Shown: positions 1-9,198 of the stretch, piece by piece | How the letters are laid out: every line of letters begins with the position of its first letter | Numbering within the stretch: the first letter of the stretch is position 1 | Assembly (NCBI GenBank): GCA_038204425.1 | Contig: JBBRCZ010000004.1 | Coordinates: 134,585 to 198,584 of the forward strand | Source: Spirochaetia bacterium | GTDB lineage: Bacteria; Spirochaetota; Spirochaetia; DSM-27196; Salinispiraceae | Direction of reading: 5' to 3' | DNA: 64,000 nucleotides | The notes under the pieces: generated by a model | Told to the model about the DNA's origin: nothing | The model's input: only the letters and a program-made list of their open reading frames with translations | Database searches by the model: none | Translations under genes and position numbers: made by a program

Positions 1-236
1 ATAGGAATCTCTAGTCGTCGGATAGCTTCACTCAGACTCGCACTTTGAATTTTTCCAGAGTAACAGAGCGTGTTTTTTACTCCTCGGTTCATTAGGAGAA
101 CGTGTAGACCAAACCCAGAAGCAACTGCGTCGTGGTCAGGAAAGTCGTGAGCTTGAATGACGATTGGTCTTGATAAATCAAGTTTCTTTATGAGTTCATC
201 AATCCCGAGTGGATTGCGATCTATATCATCGTTCAT
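1..236 (-). CDS. DHH-family phosphoesterase, N-terminal part (runs off window start)
   Basis: Not in ORF track. Manual translation from ATG at 236: MNDDIDRNPLGIDELIKKLDLSRPIVIQAHDFPDHDAVASGFGL..., containing the DHH motif-I pattern HxxPDxDA. Start overlaps the stop of the upstream TPR gene. Confidence 0.75.
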   Translation of the reverse strand, partial: MNDDIDRNPLGIDELIKKLDLSRPIVIQAHDFPDHDAVASGFGLHVLLMNRGVKNTLCYSGKIQSASLSEAIRRLEIP

Positions 237-1653
237 ATTCGCTGAGCTTCCAGCGTGCGATTTGTGTTTCTGCACCAACATCTGGCAATGACTCTAACAC
301 TTTCTTAAGAAAGATCAAACCGGTTTGGGTGCGCCCAGCTTTTAGCAAAGGAAAAGACACAAAAAACTCCGCGAGCGTCCTTTCGTCGCTGGCTTTTGCT
401 GTCTGAATTGAGTTGACGATCCATGCCTCGGCACTTGGCTCGATGTAAAAACGCAAAACCGAGTACCATAGTCCGTTCTGTGGCAATTTGGTCATCAGTG
501 AAGATATTTGTTTTTTTGCCTCTTCGGGACTTTGGCCCTGAAACCAAGCCAAGGCTGCCAACATGAGCATTCGTTCATTTTTCTTGATAGGATCATAAGC
601 TTTGCTAAACAAACTTGCAGATTTTTGAAACTCAGCAGTTTTATAGTACGCCAATGCTAACGGTTCAAAAGCCGGATAGTAATCTTGCTTAATCAGTAGA
701 ACAGCTTCAAAATCCGCAATAGCCTGCTCTGTTTTTCCCTGTTGCCAATACGATTCGGCTCGATAAGCTTGCGCAATAAAAATGTCTTTATTTAAATCGA
801 GAACTTTTGAAAAATCGACAATTGCCTCAATGGTTTTGTTGGCGCGAGCTAGAATGCGACCACGATCTAAATAGTGCCAAGCAGAAAGCGGCTCAAGTTC
901 TATCGCTCGTGCAAAGTCTATGAGTGAATCTGGCACTCTATCCAGCTGCTCTAAGACCTTGGCTCTACCTGACAAAAGAAAAGCCTCATCAGGGTAAAGT
1001 TTGAGAGCTTGATCAAAAACCTTGAGTGCATCTGGCATTTTATCTTGCCTAGCCAGCAGGTTTGCTAAGCCGCTAATTGCAACAAAACCATCCGGGTCAC
1101 GCTTGAGACTGGCGACAAAAGAACGTTCCGCTGCAACGTAATCTTTGGAAGACATTTGACTTTCGCCCAAGAAAGCCAAGGCCAAGGCATGGCTTGAATC
1201 AAGGTTAAGAGTTTTTTGCAGCAGCAACTTGTGTTTGCTTGCATCGCCTTTTTGCAGGGCGATCATGGCCAAACCAAAATATGCTTCACTGTTGGTTTTG
1301 TCCAAGCTCACGAGGCCTTCAAATATTTCTTCTGCTTCTAGGGTTTTACCTGATGCTAAGTAAATATTGGCTTTAATCAAACTAGCGTTGGTACTGTTAC
1401 CAACTAAGTCGGGGTTTTTTTCGATATCCGCCAAAGCTTGTTCCAAGTTGCCACTTGCAACTAAACCTTCAAAGGCTTGCACCTGTTCTGTCATGCCATT
1501 GTTTAGTGCAACACGTTGAGCCTCGGTCACGCAGGACATTAAGCCAAAAGCGATCATTGTACCCAATAGCAGGACTGGAATCACAGATCTGCCTTTTGAA
1601 GTTGAACTACAAGCCAAATTACTAAGGGATTGCGAGACATTATTATTATTCAC
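226..1653 (-). CDS. TPR-repeat lipoprotein
   Basis: Hydrophobic segment ending GLMSC (lipobox-like), then many 34-aa TPR-like repeats (e.g. AYFGLAMIALQKGD, HYLDRGRILARANK). Confidence 0.8.
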   Translation of the reverse strand: MNNNNVSQSLSNLACSSTSKGRSVIPVLLLGTMIAFGLMSCVTEAQRVALNNGMTEQVQAFEGLVASGNLEQALADIEKNPDLVGNSTNASLIKANIYLASGKTLEAEEIFEGLVSLDKTNSEAYFGLAMIALQKGDASKHKLLLQKTLNLDSSHALALAFLGESQMSSKDYVAAERSFVASLKRDPDGFVAISGLANLLARQDKMPDALKVFDQALKLYPDEAFLLSGRAKVLEQLDRVPDSLIDFARAIELEPLSAWHYLDRGRILARANKTIEAIVDFSKVLDLNKDIFIAQAYRAESYWQQGKTEQAIADFEAVLLIKQDYYPAFEPLALAYYKTAEFQKSASLFSKAYDPIKKNERMLMLAALAWFQGQSPEEAKKQISSLMTKLPQNGLWYSVLRFYIEPSAEAWIVNSIQTAKASDERTLAEFFVSFPLLKAGRTQTGLIFLKKVLESLPDVGAETQIARWKLSEYER

Positions 1654-1659
1654 CTCACC

Positions 1660-1688
1660 ATAATACTTTTAGGCTCTTGCTTGTGCAA
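1660..1688 (-). promoter_or_regulatory. sigma70-type promoter TTGCAC-17-TATTAT, 6 nt above the GTG start
   Basis: Consensus match and spacing read directly from sequence. Confidence 0.45.
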
Positions 1689-1690
1689 TA

Positions 1691-1720
1691 TTGCATGATG
1701 TGGCAAAAGCCTGTTAGACT
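1691..1720 (+). promoter_or_regulatory. sigma70-type promoter TTGCAT-18-TAGACT with extended -10 TG, 8 nt above ATG 1729
   Basis: Consensus match; no Shine-Dalgarno between -10 and ATG. Confidence 0.45.
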
Positions 1721-1728
1721 CACCACAA

Positions 1729-3567
1729 ATGCGTCGTAAACTGTCTTTTGTATACATTCCACTTATTTATCTGGTAATCATCTTCGGCTTAGTCTTGCTG
1801 CAATTCTCTGGCGGCTCACTATTTAACAGCCGCTTGGGGCCAATCTCACTTTCCGGCACCTTTGAACTCAAGGGTGGGAACAAAGACAAACAACTCGCCT
1901 CAATAACTGTAAACGCTCAAGGGCTACAATTAATTTTTGACAAAGATCACCCCTTAATTGTGCAGAATATGAACGACTCTGTCTTGGAACTACCTATTCG
2001 TTCCTATTCTTCAACTCAAAATGGATTTTTGCTTGGTTTTGACTTTGATATGCAAATCGAAGTCAGCTACACTGCCAGTCAGCCTGAAGATATACAGATT
2101 TCGGTACGTCCAGCTAACTCTATGCTTCCACTAAAGGCAGTAATGATTTCGTTTATAGCGCCTAAGGATAGCCTCAAAAGCAATGGACAAACCATGACGG
2201 GAATGGAACTTCGTTCGGGCGCCAATTCCTTTGCATTGACCTTACCCTCCCGAGCATTTATCAACACTGACAAAAAGCAGATAGTTATTCCAGGAGACGG
2301 CAACAAAAATCTGCGCATAGCAAAAAAACAGAGTACAAGCGGCGACATATTTGAGGACCTAGTCAAAAATCAAGTTGCCAACATAAGTGCGGCAGATTAC
2401 AGCAAGGCAATTGGGACTTATGTTGACGCTTCCTTTAATGGTTGGCGTTCTACACGATACAATTCGGGCAACGGAACCTGGTCATTCAGAGACAGCGAAG
2501 GTCGATTTGATGAAGAAATTCTAGTTGGCCTGCTTTCCGAAGCTTGGGCGAGAAACGACTACGCGCGCGCCTTTAACGATATGCGTTCTGCAGCTGACTT
2601 GCACCAAGCAAATTTGACTCATCGTTCGTCCGTCTTTCTGGGCAGTTTACGTCGCATTACCAATGAACTTGTAGCCCAAGATCGCGTAGAGTCAAGTCGC
2701 CTAAGCGACTTGATCAACCAGAAGAACCCTGACGTGTTTTTGAAACCTGGTTTGTTTCAATTTGCAATAGACCGCGGAACCGGCGGACTCTCGGCCAAGG
2801 TCTTGCAGTTTGCAGAGAGTTTGACACTGAGTGAGCTAAGTCCAGTGCAAGCGCTCGGTATCCTCCAAAACATTTACTTGAGCGAACTTCCTGATGACGG
2901 ACTCTATGTGCAACTTGAACGATTCAATTCACTAATCAAAGACAAGATACTTAGCAATATTGTTGGTGCCGACGAAGGTTATTTCTTCAAATCTACTGGC
3001 AATCGCAGCCAATCACTGTACTCAGTTATGGCTGGTCGGGTTCTTGAAAAAGCCGGGGAACGCTTGGCAGACGAACGAATGACTAACCTAGGCAAGATTA
3101 TGGTTATGTCCATTATCAAGCTTGGCGATTCGGTCGGCTATGTGCCAGCAGAATTAGAGTTTTCGGCAGGAAGCATTTCTTCAACGATTAGCTACCTAGG
3201 ACCTGAGTCGATCTACTGGATACTCAATAGTAATCCAAACTTCCCAAGGTACGTTTCGCTCAACCGCCAGCTGGGACCTGGCAACTGGTTTTACACGATA
3301 GCCAAGGTTAACACGATCAATATCCGACCGGATGAGTACCGATTTAACTTTTCTTATCCAAGAAGCCGAACCCACTTTTTGTTCTTTAAGAGCTTCCCCA
3401 ACATAGATGCTCAGGTTGGGCTACAACTCTTTGGCCGTGTATGGAGAAATGCGGGAGACTTTGAAGTCTACTCTAAAGGCCGTTTCTACAACCCAGAAAC
3501 GAGAACCCTGATGATCAAGTATTTTGATGACAGCGTCCAAGGCGACTTGGTAATCTTGTACCGATAG
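1729..3567 (+). CDS. hypothetical exported/membrane-anchored protein
   Basis: 612-aa ORF with N-terminal TM/signal segment; no motif recognised. Confidence 0.75.
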   Translation: MRRKLSFVYIPLIYLVIIFGLVLLQFSGGSLFNSRLGPISLSGTFELKGGNKDKQLASITVNAQGLQLIFDKDHPLIVQNMNDSVLELPIRSYSSTQNGFLLGFDFDMQIEVSYTASQPEDIQISVRPANSMLPLKAVMISFIAPKDSLKSNGQTMTGMELRSGANSFALTLPSRAFINTDKKQIVIPGDGNKNLRIAKKQSTSGDIFEDLVKNQVANISAADYSKAIGTYVDASFNGWRSTRYNSGNGTWSFRDSEGRFDEEILVGLLSEAWARNDYARAFNDMRSAADLHQANLTHRSSVFLGSLRRITNELVAQDRVESSRLSDLINQKNPDVFLKPGLFQFAIDRGTGGLSAKVLQFAESLTLSELSPVQALGILQNIYLSELPDDGLYVQLERFNSLIKDKILSNIVGADEGYFFKSTGNRSQSLYSVMAGRVLEKAGERLADERMTNLGKIMVMSIIKLGDSVGYVPAELEFSAGSISSTISYLGPESIYWILNSNPNFPRYVSLNRQLGPGNWFYTIAKVNTINIRPDEYRFNFSYPRSRTHFLFFKSFPNIDAQVGLQLFGRVWRNAGDFEVYSKGRFYNPETRTLMIKYFDDSVQGDLVILYR

Positions 3568-3576
3568 GAAGAAATA

Positions 3577-4275
3577 GTGCAGTCAGTTTCTAAGATCCTA
3601 GCTTTTGAGGGCATCTCAAACGCTGTTGATATCTATTTTATGCGCCACGGTGAAAGCGCTGGCAACAAAGAAAACTTGGTACAAGGTCATACCGACCTTC
3701 CATTGACCGACCTAGGACGAAAGCAAGCAGTACGTGCCGGCGCTTGGTTGGCCACCAAAAATATAAGCCATCTTTGTTCCAGCCCCCTAAGCCGAGCGCT
3801 TGAGACGGCTCAAATTGCGAGCTCATTCTTTGGCAATTCCAACTTGACGATTGACGTTTTGGACGGACTCAAAGAAATTGACACCGGAATTTTTTCGGCT
3901 CGAACTTTTAAAGAAATTGAAGCAAGTCAAGCCCAAGTCTACCACCAGTTTAGGGCTCAAAGCTGGCAGGCAGTCCCCGGTGCCGAAAAAATTGTGGCAC
4001 TTGAGACTAGGGCCTTGGAGCACTGGCACTACTTGGTTTCTCATGCAAATGCAGGCCATAAATCTATCCTGAGTGTAAGTCATGGTGGATTCTTGCAATG
4101 GCTACTTAGAACGAGCATCGGACTTGGTCATGAGTCATGGATGCCACTGTTTCACTTTAACAACTGCGGCGTTTCTCACCTGCATTTGGAAGCGTTGGCA
4201 AAAATTGATGACAATCAACATCCAGGCGTCTTTGCTGAGTGGCGGTTGATAAACTTTGTTGGTTTTTTGCAATAG
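3577..4275 (+). CDS. histidine phosphatase (phosphoglycerate mutase-like) family protein
   Basis: YFMRHGES (RHG motif), SSPLSRALETA, LKEIDTG, VSHGG. Confidence 0.9.
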   Translation: MQSVSKILAFEGISNAVDIYFMRHGESAGNKENLVQGHTDLPLTDLGRKQAVRAGAWLATKNISHLCSSPLSRALETAQIASSFFGNSNLTIDVLDGLKEIDTGIFSARTFKEIEASQAQVYHQFRAQSWQAVPGAEKIVALETRALEHWHYLVSHANAGHKSILSVSHGGFLQWLLRTSIGLGHESWMPLFHFNNCGVSHLHLEALAKIDDNQHPGVFAEWRLINFVGFLQ

Positions 4276-4294
4276 ATTGCGCACCACTTGCCGA

Positions 4295-4323
4295 TTGAGT
4301 TTTTTAATGACTTAGTATATAGT
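4295..4323 (+). promoter_or_regulatory. sigma70-type promoter TTGAGT-17-TATAGT for the small Zn-ribbon gene
   Basis: Consensus-like hexamers with 17-nt spacer, about 125 nt above ATG 4450. Confidence 0.5.
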
Positions 4324-4449
4324 CTGGCTTCCTGTATAGGTTTAGCCAACCAAGTTTAGTACTAGTACCGTGGAGCGCAATCACACGCGATGAAATTTAC
4401 CTTGTCAAACAAAGAATTGACTCGTTTGTAATTAAGAAAGGAATAGAAT

Positions 4450-4611
4450 ATGTCTAAAGCACACCGAGGAAAAGGTTTGATAAGCACCGTAAATAGCGGC
4501 AACGGCCACTGCCCGGCTTGCGGAAAAACTCGCATTAAGGTTCTCTACGACAAAGTAGCTGCAGACGGCACCAAGGCCAAAGTCTGTAAAATTTGTAGCA
4601 AGAAAAAGTAA
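4450..4611 (+). CDS. small basic zinc-ribbon protein (53 aa)
   Basis: Below ORF-track cutoff. MSKAHRGKGLISTVNSGNGHCPACGKTRIKVLYDKVAADGTKAKVCKICSKKK; two CxxC pairs; SD AAAGGA upstream; terminator downstream. Confidence 0.8.
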   Translation: MSKAHRGKGLISTVNSGNGHCPACGKTRIKVLYDKVAADGTKAKVCKICSKKK

Positions 4612-4644
4612 TTTTCTGAGTAGTTCAAACACTAGTTTAGAAAC

Positions 4645-4676
4645 AAGCCCTCGGCAGATATCCGTAGGGCTTTTTT
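4645..4676 (+). terminator. intrinsic terminator between convergent small gene and argA
   Basis: AAGCCCTCGG...CCGTAGGGCTT hairpin followed by T run. Confidence 0.7.
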
Positions 4677-6039
4677 AGTTTAGAGGCATGAGGTAGATTC
4701 GTGACTTACGGTCTAAGTTGTAGTGTTGCTTTTTTGTTTCTGGCAATGAATCAAGATCGTCTTGCTTAAAGCCAAGCAATTCAAAAAAATCACCAGTCTG
4801 AGTGGTCAATAGAAAAACTTGGTCAAAGTTTTCTAGTTGAGCCTTTTCAACCAAAAATCTAACCATTTTTTGCCCAGCACCCAAGTATGCAAACGCTGGA
4901 TCGACAGCCAAACCGGCTATCTCGGCCTGACCTTCTGGGTAGGCATGTAAGGCAGCACAGCCTCTTATGGTTCCGTCCGTTTCGTAGACGACAAAGTCCT
5001 TGTACATGCTAAGCAGATCGTTTTCATCGCGGCGTACGAGAATGCCTTTTTCGATATTGGGCTCCATTATACGTAGAACTTCTGGAATGTCTCCAGAACG
5101 CATCGGTCGAATGCTGTCAAAGGGATCAGCATGTACCATGGTTCCCATGCCAATCGTTGAGAATATCTCCTTGAGGACCACGCCATCAAGACGACCATTA
5201 AGCAAGTGGATTCGCTCCACGCCGTTTCTTGCTGCATGAGCCGCCAAACGCACAAGTTCCATTGCCAGTTCTTCGCCATTCCAGCGGACGTCCTGATTGG
5301 GAACACTTGGCTTATTTAGGACAAGGAACTGGTCCGCTGCTGGTGCGCTCAATCGGGTTATCAAACCATCACGGGTCACTAAGCCTTCGGCCGGAGTTTG
5401 ATGATTTTCACTGCGCAACTCTAGACCATCGGAGACGAAGAAGAGCTTCTCGGCCTGTACTTGTTCTGCTAGCAACGATGCCAACTCAAGACTAGAAATA
5501 TTGTAGGGTTTTCCCGAACCCGACCACCCAATACATGGGAGAATAGGTACCAAATTGTCTTCCAAAACTCTATCGAGCAGGTTGAGGTTAACTCGATAAA
5601 CTGATCCGGTACCCTGAAAATCGACACCATTGTTGACACCTATCGACCTGGCCCTAACCCAGTTTCCGATGACGGCATCTACTTGTTGACTTGCAAGCTG
5701 GGTCATAACCATGTTTGCCATGTCGAATGCGGCCATTTTGATCAAGGGCATGGCCTCATAACTGGACACTCGCACACCATTAATACGTTGAGTTTCAACA
5801 CCATAGCGTTCTAGTACATCATCGATTCTTTTGCCTGCGCCCGGAACCAATATTATTTTGATACCTGCTTTGTGCAGGATAGATAAATCTCTTACCAGGG
5901 CTGGAAATCGAGAATCTTCAATAATGTGTGAGCCTATCTGAAAGACAAATCGCTTGCCTTTAAACCGATGAGCATACATAAAAACTTCGCGTATCAGGTC
6001 CACTTGTCCTTGCATCGGGTCGTCGTTCACGATTGCCAC
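4675..6039 (-). CDS. argA: amino-acid N-acetyltransferase (N-acetylglutamate synthase, AAK+GNAT)
   Basis: N-terminal amino-acid-kinase-like domain, GVERIHLLNGRLDGVVLKEIFSTIGMGTMV, C-terminal GNAT (GCAALHAY, FLLTTQTGDFF). Confidence 0.88.
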   Translation of the reverse strand: MAIVNDDPMQGQVDLIREVFMYAHRFKGKRFVFQIGSHIIEDSRFPALVRDLSILHKAGIKIILVPGAGKRIDDVLERYGVETQRINGVRVSSYEAMPLIKMAAFDMANMVMTQLASQQVDAVIGNWVRARSIGVNNGVDFQGTGSVYRVNLNLLDRVLEDNLVPILPCIGWSGSGKPYNISSLELASLLAEQVQAEKLFFVSDGLELRSENHQTPAEGLVTRDGLITRLSAPAADQFLVLNKPSVPNQDVRWNGEELAMELVRLAAHAARNGVERIHLLNGRLDGVVLKEIFSTIGMGTMVHADPFDSIRPMRSGDIPEVLRIMEPNIEKGILVRRDENDLLSMYKDFVVYETDGTIRGCAALHAYPEGQAEIAGLAVDPAFAYLGAGQKMVRFLVEKAQLENFDQVFLLTTQTGDFFELLGFKQDDLDSLPETKKQHYNLDRKSRIYLMPLN

Positions 6040-6058
6040 CCTTATCCTTCCAGTCCAA

Positions 6059-7075
6059 TCATTGGTAGTTAATGTACATAGGTCGCGGGTTAATCTTCAA
6101 AACGTCCTCAGGACTCATAAGCGGTTTATCAAAACCAAGGGTCTTCCAAGATTTTGGGTAAAAAAGTTTAAAGCCCTTAAGCGGCATATTGGTGGCGTTA
6201 GCAATATAACGATACGTGTCCATTTTGAGTTGGGGTGCTCCAAAGCCGTCGGCGTTGTGGACCAAGTCAACTCTGTCAAAAATGTCAGTGACGCGGTCGC
6301 GGTTTGCAATCATTCTATGGTGAAACTGATGAACAATAAACATTCGCCTTTGTTCAAGACCTTCTTTGACCATGTAATCCTGAATCAGTTTTTGGGCCAA
6401 GTTTACGTCTTCGGCACTAATGCTTCCGATTTCTTTTCCGGGGTTTAACGTCTTCCACTCTGGATCAATGGCTAAATGGACGTTGGAATACTTGAGCCAA
6501 GGCAGCATTCTTTTTACGCTATCTGCAACCGAATAACGGCCAAGCTGGTGATCAAGAATTACGATCATATTGTTTGCTGTGGCATATTCAACATACGCAA
6601 GAATCTTACTGTCTGACAAAAAACCGAGATTGGCATCTGCCCAAACGGTAGCATAAATCAGGTGAAAAGCTCCAATTACGCCTTCGTCACCGTTTATTGC
6701 GTCATAAACGTCAATTTTTGCCTTTAAAAGTTTGCCCGTCTCCTCAATACTTTGTTCTCCCAAAATGCCCATTCTTTTGGAATAGGGGCTTCCATAGAAA
6801 CCAACAATAATGTTCTTACTTAGCAAACTTGGGTAAGGACTATCCTTGGGTCGTGAAGCTACCACAATTCCAGTTTTGAAATTGACTACGCTTTCTTTGC
6901 CTGCACTTGCTGCTCGAGGCAGGGGTTGACGCTGCTGCAAAATCGTTGCAATCGGGCTTCTTAGAACACCATGTTCGTCAAAGTGGTCGGGGTCAAGTGC
7001 CGCAAGTTCAAAACAAATTCCAATCAAGGCCAAAACAGTAAAAAAAACGATTCTTGATATCACCAGGTGCTCCAA
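6059..7075 (-). CDS. conserved hypothetical exported protein
   Basis: Signal-like N-terminus; motifs GFYGSP..MGILGE, HLAIDPEW, ADGFGAP, GFKLFY typical of an uncharacterised secreted family. Confidence 0.7.
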   Translation of the reverse strand: MEHLVISRIVFFTVLALIGICFELAALDPDHFDEHGVLRSPIATILQQRQPLPRAASAGKESVVNFKTGIVVASRPKDSPYPSLLSKNIIVGFYGSPYSKRMGILGEQSIEETGKLLKAKIDVYDAINGDEGVIGAFHLIYATVWADANLGFLSDSKILAYVEYATANNMIVILDHQLGRYSVADSVKRMLPWLKYSNVHLAIDPEWKTLNPGKEIGSISAEDVNLAQKLIQDYMVKEGLEQRRMFIVHQFHHRMIANRDRVTDIFDRVDLVHNADGFGAPQLKMDTYRYIANATNMPLKGFKLFYPKSWKTLGFDKPLMSPEDVLKINPRPMYINYQ

Positions 7076-7154
7076 ATTTTTAATCTTTATTCAGTCTATC
7101 ATCGGCAATTATGACGACTTGTAAAGTGCCATTGCTTCCCCTATAGTGAAGCAG

Positions 7155-7820
7155 ATGAATAAATTGGTAGTTACGCGCTTAACCATCTCAAAAAACCCGC
7201 TCTTGCCTTATCTTTGTTTATTTCTTGCCATAGTTTCACTTTTCTCGTGCACCAACAATAATCCCGATCCGCGGGAAATTGAGGACAAGATCCGGACCAT
7301 CTTACAACTCGAAACCGCAGAATTTGTCTACCGAGACCTCGTCTACACTTCTACTAGAGATGAGTTTTTAGGTCTCGTTACCAAGGACACGCGGTCGCTG
7401 GTAGAAATAAAACTACGAGTGATAGCTGGTATCGATGTTCAACAAGGCCTTAAAGTTTCCCTTGGCGCCGATGAAGCAGGCCAAAAAAAGTTGACAGTGA
7501 CCCTGCCTAGAGCTCGCATTTTAGTCGTTGATGCTGATGAATCGAGCATTAAACAGTTCCTTTTGCAAGAGTTTGCGCTCTTGGAGCGAGGCCGCGTTTC
7601 ACTGCTTCAGTTTACCGACCAGTTGGACAAGAACAAAACACAAGCAAGAACCGATGCTATCAGGCGGGGGATACTTGAGAAAGCGGAAACTAACGCTCGA
7701 ACAATTGTAAAAAACTTACTGAGACTTAGCACGGACGCAGAGCCGGTGATTCAATTCTCTGACAAACTTGTGCTCGAATCGACCAGCACAACAACTATCA
7801 TTCAAGAGATAAAATTATGA
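7155..7820 (+). CDS. DUF4230-like lipoprotein
   Basis: Lipobox LFSC; LETAEFVYRD, VIAGID, TVTLPRARI, GILEKAETNA pattern; start ATG 7155 is 7 nt below TATAGT (ORF track start 7146). Confidence 0.7.
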   Translation: MNKLVVTRLTISKNPLLPYLCLFLAIVSLFSCTNNNPDPREIEDKIRTILQLETAEFVYRDLVYTSTRDEFLGLVTKDTRSLVEIKLRVIAGIDVQQGLKVSLGADEAGQKKLTVTLPRARILVVDADESSIKQFLLQEFALLERGRVSLLQFTDQLDKNKTQARTDAIRRGILEKAETNARTIVKNLLRLSTDAEPVIQFSDKLVLESTSTTTIIQEIKL

Positions 7821-8614
7821 GCAATGACAAAGAAGCCCAAGAATCAGAAAAGCGAAGATCCAGATTCTGGCCAGTTTTTCGATTTCTTTTGCCGTATGTC
7901 CTTGTTGGCACCGCAATCCTAAGCATAGCTTTACTGTTCTTACCGGTTTTTGGTAAACCACTATTGAGCTTGGTGACTAGAACCGAAAGTAACGTTTCCG
8001 AAATCGCGCTTGAGGAAATGAAGGATATCTATCGCTTTTCGACTATCGAATATTTCTACCGCGTTGTTTTTCCCTATGATTTACTCGATCAGAGCGTTTC
8101 GCAACTAGGACTATTGCAAAAGCTAAGGCGAAACGTAAATAAGCAGTACTCGAGTTACCTGACCGAGAAAGAGTTGGAGTATCTGAGAGTATTCAAAATT
8201 GCCAAAGACTACTCTTTAAACCTCGGTGCGCCTGACTACCATTTTTTGGTGGCTACGGTAATTCTGCGAGCCGGTTTTCCACTTGATGGTCTGAGCGACA
8301 ACGACAGCACTTCGTTTATTAGTTCTGAATCATTGAAAACAGATAACAAGACAATACTCACGGCTAGCGTCAAGCTACCACAGGCACTTATCTTGGATAA
8401 GCGCGTAGAAGACCCGCTGCGCAGCGAGTACCCTTTTCCGGATGTTCCAATAACTCCACAGGGTTGGAGAGATATTTCAGCTCTTTTGCTTGCTCATGCC
8501 GAAAAGAAGGCGCTTGAGGAGGGCATATTAAGCCTTGCCGAGGACAATGCCAAAAGTTTTTTTGATAAACTTTTAAAGAGCGCAGGCTACCAAAGCGTCG
8601 TCTTTACCAAATAA
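7817..8614 (+). CDS. DUF4230-like membrane-anchored protein
   Basis: N-terminal TM; LRAGF, VKLPQALI, GILSLAEDNAK..LLKSAGYQSV; 4-bp overlap with previous gene. Confidence 0.65.
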   Translation: MSNDKEAQESEKRRSRFWPVFRFLLPYVLVGTAILSIALLFLPVFGKPLLSLVTRTESNVSEIALEEMKDIYRFSTIEYFYRVVFPYDLLDQSVSQLGLLQKLRRNVNKQYSSYLTEKELEYLRVFKIAKDYSLNLGAPDYHFLVATVILRAGFPLDGLSDNDSTSFISSESLKTDNKTILTASVKLPQALILDKRVEDPLRSEYPFPDVPITPQGWRDISALLLAHAEKKALEEGILSLAEDNAKSFFDKLLKSAGYQSVVFTK

Positions 8615-8721
8615 CAGCGTCCTGATAGTTTGTTTTTGTATAGAAAGGGCAAAGAATAGCTTTACCATGCCTTTAATATTGAGTATACTATATATAGTTT
8701 TTTATATACAAGGAAGAAAAT

Positions 8722-9075
8722 ATGTCTGAGAAACTTACCAAAGCTGATTTTATTGCCAAAGTTTTCGATTTTGAAAAGAGCCAAGAATGGAACTATCTCG
8801 GTGATGTTCCAGCTATCGTTGACTTTTACGCCGATTGGTGTGGACCTTGCAAAATGGTAGCACCGATACTTGAAGAAATTTCCAAAGAATACGACGGAAA
8901 GCTAAAAGTATACAAAATTGATACCGATGCAGAGCCGGAACTTGCTTCGGCGTTTGGAATCCAGAGTATTCCAAGCTTGCTTTTTATTCCACTCAAAGAC
9001 AAACCACAAATGTCGGCTGGTGCTCTACCCAAGCCGGGGCTACTAAAGGCCATCAAGGAAATTCTGAAGGTCTAG
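8722..9075 (+). CDS. trxA: thioredoxin
   Basis: DFYADWCGPCK active site; SD AAGGA. Confidence 0.95.
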   Translation: MSEKLTKADFIAKVFDFEKSQEWNYLGDVPAIVDFYADWCGPCKMVAPILEEISKEYDGKLKVYKIDTDAEPELASAFGIQSIPSLLFIPLKDKPQMSAGALPKPGLLKAIKEILKV

Positions 9076-9198
9076 TCCTCTGCTTGGCATTGACCATCGG
9101 TTTTGGAATAGACTAGCCGTCTTGGACTCGCTTGTCTATTCCAAGAGCTGGTTGCAACACTTGTTCTCTTTGCCACACTGGATTAGACTAAAATATCA

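Noticed and set aside
4432..4632. 66-aa minus-strand ORF in the track
   Set aside because: Antisense shadow of the real plus-strand Zn-ribbon gene, which has an SD, promoter and terminator
7089..7126. GCCGATGA on the minus strand above the 6059-7075 gene as a sigma28 promoter
   Set aside because: -35 element does not match convincingly at the required spacing
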